A stretch of DNA of 64,000 nt from the human T2T-CHM13v2.0 reference genome, Homo sapiens, in assembly GCF_009914755.1 (NCBI RefSeq), contig NC_060927.1. One strand, 5' to 3'. The position numbers were made by a program, and so were the translations under genes. The notes under the pieces are model-generated. The model was not told where the DNA came from. It saw only the letters and a program-made list of their open reading frames with translations, and ran no database searches. Shown piece after piece: positions 1 to 12,800 of this stretch. The stretch's first letter is position 1; each line of letters begins with the position of its first letter.

Positions 1-1164
1 AAATATGAGGGTAATTTTGCTGCAGTAGCCTACAGCCTTTACTTTGAGAAACTGCAGAATGTTCTAGAGATTCAGTGCTGACTTTACAACAATGGAGTGG
101 GATGGGACAAGTGGTCTGTTGGGAGAATTTATCTATTTGGTATCTTCACTGGGAACTGGAAGTGGGTGAATAGAAATAAAAGGGTTTTGAGATGAGTGCT
201 TGAGATACGACAAAGGAAGTTTTCACAGGCTTTGGTGTGAAAAACCACTTTGCTATTTTGAGCCTTTGTGACTCAAAGAAGATGGTACACTGAAGAAAGA
301 AAAAGTCAGGAAGATGAATCTGTTTGCTAAGGATTTATTTTGTTTAATGTGATTGAGGTCCACTGGGGTCATGCTTAGTGAGCTGTTCAAAGATGCTTTC
401 CTGAATGTTTCTGCAGCGGGAAAGCCACAGAAGTAGTAGGTTGTCTAAAACAATAGTTGCCACCAGCCAGCTTTCCAGTTTTTCAGGAAAATGCTATGAG
501 TACAATATATTAATATGGATAGATTTAAATCATTAAAAAAACTTCTCTGATGCCTGTGAGCTGTGGTATATGTCAGCTGTTAATTTTCTTATCCTTTTCT
601 TAGATAACATTTTATTTAATAGAGCTGTCTTATAAGTTGTAAAGTGAGGTTTATAGATTTACCATCACTTCTGACATCTTCAGATCTCCTCTTTAAAAGT
701 ACAAAATAGAACTTTGCAGTAAAAATAAAATAGTATAAACAGATTTTTTTTTAGCCTCTGAAAACCACTATATATTAGTTTGCATTAACCACTATACGTA
801 GAAATATCTTCCTGTTCAAATGTAGTTATGTGATACTTTGTGAAAATAGGGCCTTAATATTTAGGGGTTAAAATTAATTCAAAATATTTTCAGTAAGAAT
901 GGGCCAACTTGGCCCACATACTGTAGTACAAGCTGATAAGTAGTCATTAGAAGATGATGATCTAAGACTACTAAATAAGCTCTCACAGACAGGTCATATG
1001 AAACCACGTTTATATCTAATGATTTAAGTGTAAAGCATGTAGGCAAACGCTACTAGTCATCACACTGTAATGTACAGCTTTCAGTACAGAAAATTTGGAT
1101 AAATGTTCTGCAGCTATATCCAGAAATCAGTTTTTCATTAATTTCTCTTTCTATGTTTTGTCAG

Positions 1165-1203
1165 ATACAGTAATTATATCACAAGCAGTCAAATTCTAAA
1201 ATG
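1165..1203 (+). other. Candidate 39-nt cassette exon
   Basis: Long pyrimidine tract TTTCTCTTTCTATGTTTTGTCAG (AG at 1163-1164) and donor ATG|GTATGT. Length is a multiple of 3 and one frame is open (YSNYITSSQILK). Confidence 0.35.
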
Positions 1204-4200
1204 GTATGTGTAGAGAAAAGAAGCAACAGAGTTCTTGCCATTCCTAATTCTGATTACCCTAATTTGGGATAAATATTTCCTTCTTAATTAATTGGTTAAT
1301 GCATTAAGATTGTGAGCTGAAAGGTATCATAAGTGCAATTATTATTTGTATGAGGATTCTTCGTTCATAATTGGCAAAAAGTGAAACAAAAGGAATAACC
1401 AAAAATCATAACAAATAGCATCAGCATTTAAAAGCAAATTTCTAGAAATGATTACTATAGGACTTTAAACAAATTTTTTACATCAGTGATATGATTTTTA
1501 ATATTTTTAATATTCAGAAGGCTTTTTATGTAAGTGCATATATCAACATTATCAGTTATACCTTCTTACTGATAAATTCCTGCTGTCAGTCTCTCCACAG
1601 CTCTACCATGTTCTTTTTCTCCTTACTTTCTCGTCTCAAGTTCATTAGTTGAGAAGGATGCTTACTATTACTCTGTCCAAATTTGGTAGTGGTTTTCTCA
1701 ATTTTGGGCATTTCATGTTCAATTAAAATTTATTTAATTGAACTTTTGAAAGAACTTTCCCAGCCATATAGAGATGTATTTACATTATAGATTCATTTCC
1801 AGATAACAGTCACACAGAGACTTCTTTTCTGTTACTTTTTTCTTGCCTTTGATAATGACATTAATAATTTAATAATAAACTATTAACATATTAACAGATA
1901 TAATAGATGTTAATATTAATATAATTTATGTGTGGTTCTATAAGAATAGACACTTCGATATCATGATAGAAAGATTCTTGATTATGATGCAACTTGAATA
2001 TATTAAACACTAAACTTTCAGCTTATGATGCCATTAACAGAACTTTTAACTTATGATGCCTTTAATACTTTATTCCTGTGATAAGATGTGAATGGAAGGA
2101 AAAAATAAATATTACTTTTTGGTGGAAAAGTGTACCCAGTTGTTTATTCATACAGAAAATAATTATTGAATGTCAGTTTCTGTATGCCAGGCACTGTTTC
2201 AGGCACCTAGGATACTGTGGTGGACCAAAATCTTATACTCATATCTTTTCTCCCAAGTGAATTTTGCTATATCATTATTGTGCTCCTCTATAAAGAATTA
2301 GAATAACTTCATAATAATAAAAAATTATAAGTTGACTCCATTAAAAAAAAGCTGAAAAACAGCTGATTAAATCCTATTGTATGTAAAACTGAATTTTGTT
2401 TTATGCGTGCTTCTAGATAAATAGTGATAGAGTTCTTGAGTGTTTTAATGAAGTGTTTTAATGCAGGTGAATGCTTTGGACTGATGTCAACAGTGAATGT
2501 TAATGATTTTTGAGCATGGTTGGCACTATGAATTGGTTGTTTTTAATTTTTTAAAACTAAGTACATTGACGCAGATTTATATGATCTGATGATATCTTAT
2601 TGGCTATGATTAACCAGAATATGTGATATTTAAACGTTGAAAATGCATTAAAGGATCAAGAAAACAGCTTGTCTTTATGACTTTTTTTTTTTAAGTTTTA
2701 AAAACACTGAGCCAAATTTTGGATTTAACATTCCCAAGCTATGGCCTAAGAGAAAGACAAATTTAACAGAATGAGAGTAAATGAAGGGCTGGCCCATCAG
2801 TGATCTCTTTTTATAAATTTACAACTTCCAAGAAAAGCTAACTAATAGAAGTATATCATGTCTTGCTTTTTCACAAGATGTAAAATACGGGAATACATGT
2901 AGACTAAGAATGGTAAATTTTTAAGTTACCTCGTTTGTAAGGGAAAAAAGATTCCCCTTTTTTCTCATTTACATTTAAAATAAATCCTCAATATTATATG
3001 GAACTATTTATAATATAGTGAAACCCATTTTATTTGAACATACAAATATAAAAATTTCTGGTAGTCTGCAGCTAATATGCACTGTCTGAAGCTAATAGGT
3101 TGTGCAGAATACTGCTGCTATTTGAGTAAAAGTTAATGCTTTTGAGACCAGCTAATACACTTAACTACACTGTATGAGCTGTGGGTGTTCCGCTTATTTT
3201 TATTACAGGCTTTATTACTGTGCAATTTTGTTGTACATTAACAATCATCCACTTTAAACTAGTGCTTAAATACTTATTGAATGTGGTAGCCAAAGAGCAA
3301 AAAAAAGATCTCAATGTAACATCCAATTGCTTACTAACATAACCTGGATTGTGATTTATCTCTAATTTTATGACAGTAATATTTCAGTATCAAACTAGAA
3401 TTCTGAAGAGAATAAAGTTTGCATCCCCCAAATGACACAATTGTGCATTAGCTCTACTTAACTAGACAAAATTTAAAGGCAAAAAATTCTTGGTACGAAA
3501 CAGATACTCCCAAAATGATCACCCTATGTGTGTCCAAAGGAGTTCTCACTATATTGTGTAAGTCTTCTTCCCTCCATTATTTAAATAGTTATAAATTTTC
3601 ATTTTATTATGTGTATATTAGACTATATATTTTATAATTTTCCTCTCTGTAAATGTACAAATATGCAAACTTGTATAAATTAGGTAATTGCATAAAAATT
3701 GAAAGGCATAAAGATGTACTACTGAGTTCAGGAAACAGTTGGATTGGGGGTGTGTTTAATAAGTAGCACAATTAAGATGTGAGAAGGAAAAACTGAAGAA
3801 AAGGAAATTCTCTCAGTGTAATGCTTTATTAGCTCCAATTTTCCCCTTGTCTCTTATCTGAAGCAAGTGATTTTTTTCCATTTGCTTAAAAATAAAGCAT
3901 TTGCGCACAGAATGTTAGCTCATTAAAAAGACCTTTATTGCCATAAATCGCTGCATCATTTGCATATCCAGATTCACAGAATCAAATTACAGTTCAACCA
4001 AGTATTTAGTATCTGGAAAGCAGTCTTGGTTTCATGTCTACTTATTTTCCCAAAACTCTTGTTAATTCTCCTTATAGTTGTTTTCTTAGTGGCTGAAATT
4101 AAGTGATGTCTAGTAAATAAGCCAGATTGCTTCTTAAATAAAATCTGGCCTGTTATTTATGTCCCCACCTATTGTTTCAAACTCTATAATTTGAACTTAC

Positions 4201-4449
4201 ACACTTGAAATCAATAGTAATAGTTATGGTGATAGGGACAGGTGATGGGATAAGGATTTTATTAGTAGAATCAGTCATGAGTCTAAAACTGCACTGCTAG
4301 ATACAACACACAATAATAACTGCTAGAGATAATACTTAACCGTAACCTGCAGAGTAAATATTCTTAATCCTAGTTTACAGAATAAAAAGCTTGGAGATAA
4401 AAGTTAAGTTACTTGGTGTGAGGTCTGATTCACACAGCCAGTAAGTGGT

Positions 4450-5295
4450 GGTTTTGGTCACTTCCTCCTCACCCCTTTGACAAGGGAAGGATTCCTGCCA
4501 TAGGGTTATGAGGATGGCTGAACACGTCAGTTGGGCTCAGCAGCAGTTAGTTACCTATGTTCACAGCTAAGGCAAAGAGGACCCTGTGCCTCAAGTGGGG
4601 TCACGTGGAGTTGCACTTGGGAACAGAGTAAACAACTAGGAGCTATGGGAGGCAGGCTTTGTAGTATCAAGAGGGTGGGGGTATCCCCTGGTTCCCATGG
4701 AAGGATGTGATTGGCTTGTTTGAATAATTCCTCAAGCTGACAAGAAACTGAAACCTACTATTCAAGGATAAGGAAGAACTGCATCTGGCCCCTTTGGTAA
4801 GGTGGATGGTTTCGCTAGGGGCCTTTATTCATGAGAGCAGAGTGGAGAGGGGAACGTATGGGTTACGTCGGTGGTCCCCAACCTTTTTGGCACCAAGGTC
4901 TGGTTTTGTGGAAGACAGTTATTCCACGGCAGGGGCGGGGCAGGCTGGTTTGGGGATGAAACTCTTCTGCCTCAGATCATCAAGCGTTAGTTAGATTCTC
5001 ATAAGGAGCGCACAGTCTAGATACCTCGCACGCACAGTTCACAATAGGATCCCCACTGCTATGAGGATCTAATGCCACTGCTGATCTGACAGAGGTGGAA
5101 CTCAGGCAACAATGCTTGCTCCCCAGCCGCTCACCTCCTGCTGTGCGGCCCAGTTCCTAACAGGCTACAGACTGTTAGCAGTCTGTGGCCCAGGGTTTGG
5201 GGATCCCTGGGTTAGATCATTCAAGGCCTTCCCGATTTTACCAGGTGTCAAAGCGGCACATGATATTGAACCTTAATTTTAGGTGTTATACCACA
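4450..5295 (-). mobile_element. ERVL-class solo LTR (family not confidently named), interrupted by MER1B
   Basis: Minus strand begins TGTGGTATAACACCTAAAATTAAGG. 5-bp TSD GTGGT (4445-4449) / GTGGC (5296-5300). About 500 bp once MER1B is removed. Confidence 0.7.
4869..5209 (+). mobile_element. MER1B (hAT-Charlie non-autonomous element)
   Basis: TIRs CGGTGGTCCCCAACC...GGGGATCCCTG, 341 bp, degenerate 8-bp TSD GGTTACGT/GGTTAGAT. Confidence 0.85.
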
Positions 5296-5615
5296 GTGGC
5301 TAAACTAGAGTTCTGATTGTGAACTTTCATGACTCCAGTGCCCAGGTTCATTCTGCTGTTCCATGATATTTTTCTTCTTGCCAGAATGACATGTTAACAT
5401 TTCGTTAGTAATTGAGTACTTTGCTTTCACTGGGCATTTCTTAGTCCTGCGTTCTTCAGAATTCGTACACTGTAGCATCTGTTGTATTCTCATAGAAAAC
5501 TGGAGCGCTCTCATTTAGAAGACATTTGAAGATTTGTTTTCCTTTAAAGGAAAATCTGAGTATAAGTTCTAATTATATCTTGATTTACAGAAGATTTTTT
5601 TTTTTTCCTATTCTC

Positions 5616-5700
5616 AAAGCTGCAGTGAGCTGCGATTGAGCCGCTACACTCCAACCTTGGTGACAGGGCAAGATGCTGTCCCAAAAAACAAAAACAAAAA
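5616..5700 (+). mobile_element. 5'-truncated Alu (J-like 3' end)
   Basis: GCTGCAGTGAGC...CACTCCAACCTTGGTGACAG plus A-rich tail. TSD CTATTCTC/CTATACTC. Confidence 0.8.
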
Positions 5701-5929
5701 CTATACTCCCTCCCCAAAACAAAATCTTATTTTTCCATGTTCCATCTTATTTTTATTAGAACGTCTTAAGTTCCCCCTCTGCAGCCATGAAACTGGCATA
5801 CCACAGGTCTGGAATGCCTCTCTGTCTCTCCATTTGTATCTCCGACATTAGACCATTTCAGCCACTCCTGCATGCAGTTACACCCACCTCATTTTTATCA
5901 CAGTTAGGGAATGTTTCACAGAGTATTTT

Positions 5930-7460
5930 GCATAATACTATGAGCTGGGTGCTACAAGACATTTAAAAAATAATAGCTGGTTTCTGCCATTGACACTCTC
6001 ACTGTGGAGAACAAGACATAAGAGTTGTGTAGTGTAAAGGTAAATCAGTACACATAGAACCCAGACTCCTAACCCAGGCCCACAGGCCATACGTGAGCTG
6101 GCCCCTGCCTGCTTCTGGAGGCTCATCTCTTGTTCTTTCTCCCTTTCACTTGACTCTGGCCACGTTGGCCTTCCTTCCACTTCCCACACACGCCAGGTTT
6201 TTCTCATCCCAGGGCCTTTCTCCTTGTAGTTTACTTGGCCTGAAAAACTCATCCTTACATGTCTGACTCTCTTTTTTCAGGTCTCATTGCAACTACTATT
6301 TATAGGGATAGTTCTTCCTTGACCATGCCACCTAAAACTGGCCCTTTTGACTTTTCCATGCATAGTAGGTCCCATGCCACCCACTTAATACCTGTGTAAT
6401 TTTTCCAAGATGTTTAATTTCTCTGTGCCACAGTTTGCTAATCTGTAAATCCAGGAGTATTTTAATAGATTAGGTTTTTGTGACAGTTAAATGCATTAAT
6501 ATCATGTAAAGTGCTAATTATAAGAATCTCTGGCATATAGTGATTGCTCAGCAAATGCAATCAGTTTCTGACCTTCATCTTCATCATTAAGGGTAAAAGA
6601 AGTAGTGTAAAACGTAAGTACTATAGGAGCTCAGAAAGGAGAGGAATGCCGGAGGCCCTGAATCACCATGAACACTTTCCTTGTGACAGTAGAATCGAAC
6701 CTCACTGCTTCTGTATAGTGTCTGGCATGTTTCCGTCAGACAGGCACTCCCTCCTCCTTTGGATTTCTACGTCCTTTTGGTTCTTTGTGTGATACTTGTA
6801 TCGTAGATTGTGTATATGTTCTCACAGAAAAGGTCATCCTGCATCTCTGCATCCTCAGCATTGTGTGCCGCACACAGGACAGGTGGCCACTTATTTGATT
6901 AACATGAGAAAAACACAGAGATTCCATGAAATCAGCAAGTTTTAAACACCCTCAGTGTGGGCAGTAAATGCAGTATGAGCACAGTGACTACAAAGATCAG
7001 TTACTGGAAATGACCAAGTTGGAACAGTGAGGGGCAGACTATTGTATGGTCTTAAATTGGCTTTAGAGTCAGATTAATTCAGCAGATTTGAAGAGCATCA
7101 TTTCATGCCAGTGTCTAAGCTCAGATTGTAGGATCACAAACATGAACCAGTACAGGTTTCTGTAAAGCATTTTAACTTGATTCAGGTGGGACTTCAGTGA
7201 GTAAAGCAAGAAAGGTGTTCCAGACAAGCTTCAGAAAGAGCAAAAGTAAAGGTGCAGAGTTGAGAAGGTTCAGGAATTCAGGTTCTCTAGAGAAAAGATT
7301 TCCTCATGCTGGAGCAAGAGGAAATAAGGCTGAAGTGAGGGGGTCCAAATTATGGAGGATTTAGGGTACCAGAACCAGAACATCAGCTTTATTCCATAGG
7401 AGCCTGTGGAAGGTTTGAGCAAAGGATTGGCAGAAATAGTACTCAAAATTAGATGATACA
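5930..7460. mobile_element. Cluster of L2 and MIR fragments
   Basis: L2-like CACTTGACTCTGGCCACGTTGGCCTTC (~6145), MIR-like CTCTGTGCCACAGTTTGCTAATCTGTAAA (~6420), L2-like GAGCCTGTGGAAGGTTTGAGC (~7400). Boundaries approximate. Confidence 0.55.
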
Positions 7461-9019
7461 TTTCTGTATTTTCTGTAGTGATAGAAGTTCCTTGAACTTA
7501 AATTTGAAAAGGTTTGAATTAAAAGGGACAGATGTTCTCAAGTTATATACTAGACATTTTCAGTAGTTGTACGGTTTTTGAGCTTTTATTAGTTGGTCCT
7601 AAGTAAGTTTTATAGCATTATGATAGGCAGTTGGTGACAGCTTAGTCATGTGTTCTTTCTTGAGTAATAATTAAAGTATTAATATTTTTCCTTTTCATTA
7701 TATTTTATGCATCATGGTTTGATATATGCTTGAAATATTTACTAAATTAGATATTGCTGCATGTGGTCCATCCCACATATAAATGGAAAAGAGAAACTTA
7801 ACATAGTTCATAAATTAAAATATTTGGTTTCAGCTGTATTCATATTGAAACCATAAAAGAATCAGAATTACTGTGGGTTTATGATTGTCAGGTTACCACC
7901 ATCACTACAAATTTTCTGATAACAACATATTAGTATTCTGATAAGGTTTGTGGCTTCTTTGCAAGGATATTTGAATACTACTCAACACACTACATAATGG
8001 TTAACTATTGTTGTCTTTATTTTAAGGAAGGCATGAATATTGTTAGATTTGCCCCTAAGTAATTGAGTGATCATTTTTATATACAAGAAAATCAGAGTAG
8101 AATGCAAAATTTGGAACAGGAACTCAATAATACTTATAAATAAGTTGATTCAAAGAAATGTTTCAATTTCTTGACATTGAATTCATGATGTTTTGCTTTT
8201 AACATGTGATTTTTAAAAAATACTGTTATGTGTACAGGGGAAGGCTAACCTGAGACTTTCCCTTCATGCGTATTCTTCCTGTGCACTGCAAAAGGAAACT
8301 GTGTGACTGCTTTCCTTCCTGACTGGCCATCACATAGGGTTACTGGCAGATGCCAGGAATCCAAGGACTAAAGGAATAAAGGGTGTGTGTTATAGTACCT
8401 GCGCTAAGAGATACTGTCAAACTCAGAGGCACCCCTCCTCCTCCATGTCTTAACCCTAGAATTGTTTTAGAACTTCTTATGGATAAGTGTTTGGATTAAG
8501 GGAGATCTGGGAAATGGGATTTGAATTTTAAGCAAGTGAGCCCTGGGGATGGCTAGCTGCCCAAAGTCTCTAGGACCCCAAAGAGATTATGAGAGAGAAC
8601 GTTGAGAGGTCTGGAATGAATTATACATACTCTTATAATGAACTTTCTCCAGCTTGTCCTTGAGCAGCTGTCTCCATCCCATCCCTCAAGTGCTTTGGAA
8701 CCCACATCTTATAACAATGGAAAGATAGATAACCTTTTATTTTAATGTGTTTATTTTTATTTTAATGTATTTAAGTAGTTTAAACACTTTCAGCGAAAAC
8801 GCATTGTATTTCTCACTCCATTCCTCAATCCAGATGTATAACTAAAGTACCATAGTGCTGTCCATTATTAGCCCATTTTGTGTTTTAACCTATACAGTTT
8901 GAGGAACAAGAAACCTACCTGACATCAAGATTATACTATCAGTGAAGCCAGAGAAGCTATACTTATTCATTGTAGACATTCTTATCTTTTTAAATTTTTT
9001 ATATTAAAAAAAAAAAAGA

Positions 9020-9437
<418 letters not shown>

Positions 9438-10268
9438 ATCTTATCTTCTTTATATAGATATCTAATAAGATGTAAAATACTGACCTGCATTATCTCCATG
9501 TTAACATTTACACTTCAAAATCTGTAAACGGACCCACGTTCATACGCGTGAACAGAAATCTTTCAGCAACAAAAGAGAAAATTGTATTTCTCGATAGAAA
9601 GGAAGTGGTCAGATCATGCCAGCCAAACAAATCTGTCAGGCTTTGAAATATAGAACCGTTAGGTAAGATACTGAGAAAAAGGATAAAGTAAGATCAGCCT
9701 AAATGTTTCAGTCTAGTTAAGTTGATTTGTATATTACTTAGAAATTTCATTTTCAGGGAAATAGTTTTCAGATTTAAATAACTGTAAAGAGCTGAGTTAT
9801 TCTTTGACTTGGATTTAAAAAAAAAGAAAAAAAGTGTCCTGAAGTCATTTCCTGCCAGTTTGTCCCCCCAACTTTTTTTCCTGCTCTTCCTGTAACTGGT
9901 TCTTGTTACGGCAATGTAGCTGTATATTTAAATCCTAAGAGACTCGCTTATTGTGAGTAGGCAGGGTCAGTAGTCTGCTGAAACAAGCACAGGAAACTTG
10001 AAACACCTAGGGGCTATTTTAAAAATCCCTTGCCACTGACATTTTAGTTAGAATTCTAAAGAGAGAATGGGCTGTTTGGATACTGAGCTCCAGTACAAAA
10101 GAGCTGGGGTTTTTACACCGACTTGCAAACCACTAAAATCATTTGACCTGGTGTTGTGTCACTTGGGTATTCTGAAGCATCAGATGAAAACTAATATCCA
10201 CCCTGCAAGGTTGGCAGGCAACAATTGTACCTGTGAAGTGAGCATCTATCAAAGAATTGGGGAAGGAA

Positions 10269-10753
<485 letters not shown>

Positions 10754-12289
10754 TCAGTATTGCTTTATGCTATTATTTTTGAAAGGAAGTTGTTAACTGT
10801 ACAACACTTTAGGTGATATTATGAGCTAACTATTTTAAATATATCATTTTTTTTAATTACCAAAAGCAGTGTCAGAAAATGAAACTCTTCATTTGGGTCG
10901 TTTAAAACACATTTGCTTTTGGTGTACCACTTATATTCAAAGACGTTTCATATTTATTTAAGTACTTTAAGAATGTTATTACAAAGCCTTGCTTTGTGAT
11001 TTAAATTGAAGTTCCCTAGTGTTCATATTGTTAGTTAGAAATTTAGATTTTAGTTCTGTGACTTTTATATTGTTGATTGTAACTTTGGACTTATGTGGCC
11101 TGTGTAATACATGCTACAAAAATAAAATCTGGGAGTAAAAGAACATATGTATATTTTAATAAAGACCTCATTAAACATTAGTAACAATAGGATAAGGAAT
11201 ATTAACTGAAACAGACAGGAAATCAGGGTGAAGATCAGGCAGAACTGATCCTTTTATTTACACCAAACTAAATGCACTAAAGAGAAGTTTTAATGAACTT
11301 AAGGAGAATACCAAAACATTTCTAAATTTAAAAAAAAAAATGAATCCTGCTACTGATGGGTATATAGCATTAATCTCCCACCCAACCCCCCAAAAAGGAC
11401 TTGTCTGGCTTCTTGTAAGAGAGGGTGATATTTCATACCTTAATCTTGTGATTAATTCCAAGTATTAAGATCTGTCTTCTGATCCTAAGTGTTCGTAAAG
11501 ACATATAAAGCATTTTTATGAACTCTTATGCCCTCCTATGTGTAAGGAAGAAAGTCTTACTATGAAGTATAGTTTTAAGTATACTAAATTAAAATGCCTT
11601 ACATAAGGCACTGAGCTTTCTGTGTTGTTTTCTATAAGATCTTATAAAAGCCTGTTTTATGAGCTTTTATTTTTTGATGTCAGAGCGTTTTTTAAAATCC
11701 AAAAGAAATTTTCAAAAGGTAGAATTTTGTAAGTGAATAACTTAGCCAGCCAGATCATCCTTTCCTCAGTCTGTATCCACTACCAGTTTGCCTTCCAGAG
11801 ATGCATAGATAAGGGGGCGTGGTTACTGATTCTTCTGCTTTCCTGTAGCTCTGCCTGGGGTTTCCCCTCAGAGGAATGTGGTTTGAAAAACTTCCTCCAT
11901 CACTACTTTGTTTGCAGTATGTATTATTTAATTTTCTTTGATAATATATCAAATATCTATATTAATAATTGAACCAAATTTAGTAATTTAAAATTAACAG
12001 CTTGTATATTAGATGTATATTACCTGTGTCCCCTACTAAACTCCCTCACAATAACAACAGTACTTTCCAGTTTTCTACTCACCTCTCTGGCCACACAGCA
12101 TTCTTCTTTTCTGGCCATTATCCCTCTCGTGGCCATTAATGGACCAAGTGTTAGGTCTTCTTCTCTTTTCTCTTCCTACTCTGTCTTTCCCTCTGAGTGA
12201 TCTCATCTCTGCCTGTGGTTTCACTTACCACCTCTGAACTCCAGAGGAATGACCTCAAATATCATAAAGGCACCACAGACTATTAGATC

Positions 12290-12800
12290 TGTCTTAGCTC
12301 AGCTTCCCCACTAAGAAGAGCCGGAAGCAGAGCAGCATGTGCTGTTTATTAGGGAACATAATCCCAAGAAGTAGAGTGAGAAACAAGGAGAATATGGTTT
12401 GGTAGGGGTGGAGAGTCAATACATGGATAAGCTATTGTGGTACCTGCCACCACTCAGTCCTGTAGGTTCGTTCCTGAAAACTCTCATAAACTGTGCTTTA
12501 AGACTGTACCTTGTGAGAGAAGAAAGGAGGAAGAATTTTTTCATTAGTTTCTGTCTCCCATTGGCCAAAGATTCATCTTTCAGTATATTAATTCCTCCAT
12601 GGGGGTATGCAAGTGGGGAATCCAAAGCAGCGTCAACGCAGATGCCATAGAGTACAAGGCAAGAACTGCCCCCCGAGGCATGAGGCAGGGAACTGTCAGA
12701 TGTACCTATGTGAAATTGGTGCTGGTTAGACAGCTGGACTAAGATACAAGTAAGGTTGAGAAGATCTGAATGATGCATAAAAGATGCCCAGTATAATACA
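12290..12800 (-). mobile_element. ERVL 3' LTR (LTR16-like)
   Basis: TG...CA ends. Minus-strand end GGGGAAGCTGAGCTAAGACA. Polypurine tract AAAGGGG abuts the LTR at 12801-12807. Inserted into an L2. Confidence 0.7.

Larger units (their letters stand above)
4310..5370. mobile_element. MIR split by an LTR (pieces ~4310-4449 and ~5296-5370)
   Basis: MIR core CACACAGCCAGTAAGTGG resumes after the LTR as GTGGC...TGACTCCAGTGCCC. Confidence 0.6.
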
